DNA from: Octopus bimaculoides
Lineage: Eukaryota
DNA: 35,737 nucleotides
Direction of reading: 5' to 3'
Assembly: GCF_001194135.2 (NCBI RefSeq)
Contig: NC_069009.1
Location: 3,106,861-3,142,597, forward strand
A model generated the notes under the pieces. It was not told where the DNA came from. It saw only the letters and a list, made by a program, of their open reading frames with translations, and ran no database searches. The position numbers and the translations under genes are program-made. Of this stretch, positions 33,116-35,737 are shown piece after piece (the first letter of the stretch is position 1; each line of letters begins with the position of its first letter).

Positions 33116-34848
33116 GTGTGTATTGATCCTGCTCTCCTCTACTATTTTCTCGTCTCTGCTGTGTCGTATCATTCCCCAGGTATCACCCCATTCACTTTGG
33201 ATTTCCGGAAAACCATTTCATTTCTAGAAACTATTCCATCTTTTCCCTACCTTGTCCTGTCTACAGTAGTTGTTGAAGAGTTCAGTGTCATTTCTAAACA
33301 CTGGTTGATGTTGCCACTGAATAATAATAATAATAATAATAATTCTCTTCCTCCTCCTCCTGTTATAAGCAGATGGTCTGAAATTTTGTTGGATGGGAGT
33401 AGTTGATTACATTGACCCCAGTAATCTCAGAATAGGTCCATCCATACTGGCCGTTCTTCCGACATTCACTCACCTTTCAACAAATTTGCTACAAGACAAC
33501 ACTTCCATAATAATAATAATGAGTTTGACCTGTTGGGGAAAGCGAAATCGTGATGGCACCTGTACCAGTAGATCACTAAGAGCACCGTTCGACTGTAATC
33601 GTTGCCAGAGCACCAGCTGTCTGGCTTCCGTGCCAGTGACACGTAAATAGCACCATTTGAGCGTGATCGTTACCAACGTCGCCTTCCTGGCACTTGTGCC
33701 AGCGGCACGTGAAAAGACATTCAAGCGAGATCGTTGCCAGTGCCGGTCAGGTCTGGCTTCTCATACCTCCAATACACCATTTCGAGCGTGGCCGTTGCCA
33801 GTATGTCATGACTGGCCTTCGTGCCGGTGGCACGTAAAAGCACCCACTGCACTCTCGGAGTGGTTGGCATTAGGAAGGGCATCCAGCTGTAGAAACTCTG
33901 CCAGATCAGATTGGAGCCTGGTGTAGCCATCTGGTTTCACCAGTCCTCAGTCAAATCGTCCAACCCATGCTAGCATGGAAAGCGGACGTTAAACAATGAA
34001 TAATAATAATAATAATAATAATTGTTNNNNNNNNNNNNNNNNNNNNNNNNNNNNNNNNNNNNNNNNNNNNNNNNNNNNNNNNNNNNNNNNNNNNNNNNNN
34101 NNNNNNNNNNNNNNNNNNNNNNNNNNNNNNNNNNNNNNNNNNNNNNNNNNNNNNNNNNNNNNNNNNNNNNNNNNNNNNNNNNNNNNNNNNNNNNNNNNNN
34201 NNNNNNNNNNNNNNNNNNNNNNNNNNNNNNNNNNNNNNNNNNNNNNNNNNNNNNNNNNNNNNNNNNNNNNNNNNNNNNNNNNNNNNNNNNNNNNNNNNNN
34301 NNNNNNNNNNNNNNNNNNNNNNNNNNNNNNNNNNNNNNNTGGTGGTGTGTTTACGTCCCCGTAACCCGTAACTTAGCGGTTCAGCAAAAGAGACCAATAG
34401 AATAAGTACCAGGCTTACAAAAGAATAAGTCCTGGGGTCGATTTGCTCGACTAAAGGCGGTGCTCCAGCATGGCCGCAGTCAAATGACTGAAACAAGTAA
34501 AAGAGAGAGAGTATATATATATATATATGTGTGCATATGGTTATGTGTGTGTGTGTGTCCCAACATCGCTTGACAACCGATGCTGGTGTGTTTAGGTCCC
34601 CGTAACTTAGCGGTTCGGCAAAAGAGAACCGATAGAATAAGTACCAGGCTTACAAAAGAATAAGTCTCGGGGTCGATTTGCTCGACTAAAGGCGATGCTC
34701 CAGCATGGCCGCAGTCAAATGACTGAAACAAGTAAAAAGAATTAAAAAAAAGAAAAAGACGAAAAAGGGAGATTTGGCTGTTGTTTCTAGCATATCCACT
34801 GACCACCTTTCCTCATTTAAATTTTGTGAATTTCTGCAATATTTCCAG

Positions 34849-34908
34849 GGAGCAGTTGACGGAGAATATTCTACATGAAAACTCTGCAGGATGCCGAGTT
34901 GTGGAAAA
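34849..34908 (+). CDS. XPO6: Exportin-6 small exon (60 nt)
   Basis: ttccag|G; EQLTENILHENSAGCRVVE; AA|gtgagt. Too short for the ORF track. Confidence 0.93.
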
Positions 34909-35251
34909 GTGAGTAGATCTGTTTACAATTACATTGGCCCCCAGTATTTCACTGGTACTTAATTTATCGACCCCAAAGCCATAAAAGGCAAAGTCGACCT
35001 CTGTGGAATTTGAACTCAGAATGTAGTGGCAGACAAAATGCCGCTAAGCATTTCACCCTGTATGCTAACGCTTCTACCAGCTCACCAGCTTAATAATGAC
35101 AGTTATTATAACTAAATTTTTAATTAGTTTTAAAATTATTTGAAGCAATGGCTTTATATTTCAGTACTAATATGCTTGTCAAAGGTTTAATTATCTAAAT
35201 TACAATTAGACTTTAATTATGAAAAATTCTAATCTGTCTTTCCATCCACAG

Positions 35252-35363
35252 ATTTCTTCGCATTCTGGAGTTGATCGTACAAGAACCTGGATCTGCCTTC
35301 AAAGCTTTCCTACCCAGCATCATATCAGTGTGCATGGATCAGATCTACCCGGTGGTGGCTCAG
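35252..35363 (+). CDS. XPO6: Exportin-6, last exon visible in the window (112 nt)
   Basis: ccacag|A; FLRILELIVQEPGSAFKAFLPSIISVCMDQIYPVVAQ; |gtaaga. No stop; the gene continues. Confidence 0.95.
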
Positions 35364-35737
35364 GTAAGAAAGAGTATACCACCCATCATTATCCCTGGGC
35401 TTGTATGTGTTAGCGGTTAGCGTGTTACACTCACGATCGTATGATTGCAGTTTTGATTCTTGAACCGGGTGATAATTCATCATCATCATCATTTTCATAG
35501 CTCCCATGGTTACTGAGATAATCTACTGTAATAATACCCTTGTGTTTATGAATGAGAAAGGAAGGGGTGATGTCATACTTGGTAGTGTATGCTGAAAAAA
35601 TAAATCAAACAGCATTTCAACTCTGTGTGAATATATGTGTGTGTATGTAAAAAAGTGGGGAGATAAAAGGGGTGTTTGTGTGTGTGTGTGTGTGCGCGTA
35701 ATGGAAGTGGGATGGTTCATCTTTGTTCGCTTAGTAT

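Larger units (their letters stand above)
13353..35363 (+). other. XPO6: Exportin-6 gene span (partial; open at both ends)
   Basis: 16 visible GT-AG exons join in frame and are colinear with XPO6 as I recall it (e.g. FIRNKL-K--VDIGR-DWP-FY-DFFTNILQ, AATPPPSP, EKFTDFLRLFVS-HLRR-ES, QFRYNQ-QLEELDDE-LDDD). Confidence 0.96.

Overview
Repeat-rich eukaryotic genomic DNA with 11 N-gaps. The SINE/LINE families, dense (TA)n/(CA)n/(CT)n microsatellites and gene content point to an octopod cephalopod (Octopus sp.; inferred, not verified). Two + strand spliced genes are present. (1) The last two coding exons of a ZFAND4/ANUBL1-type AN1 zinc-finger gene (676-842, 1657-1792). (2) Most of exportin-6 (XPO6): 16 visible coding exons from 13353 to 35363 with GT-AG sites and consistent phases, continuing past the window. 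The ATG exon and two expected internal exons are not visible and probably lie in N-gaps. The rest is tRNA-derived SINEs, RTE and CR1/L2-type LINE fragments, MITE-like elements and several local tandem repeats. Nearly all other ORFs in the track are microsatellite, gap or repeat artefacts. I found no convincing new multi-gene system. The best second-look items are a degenerate minimal type-I hammerhead ribozyme motif typical of Penelope-like elements (two copies, antisense to XPO6), a ~131-aa His/Gly/Ala-rich insertion in XPO6, a hairpin-bearing two-unit minisatellite, and inverted repeat pairs around exons. Comparisons to human proteins are from memory and need alignment. Repeat boundaries are approximate.
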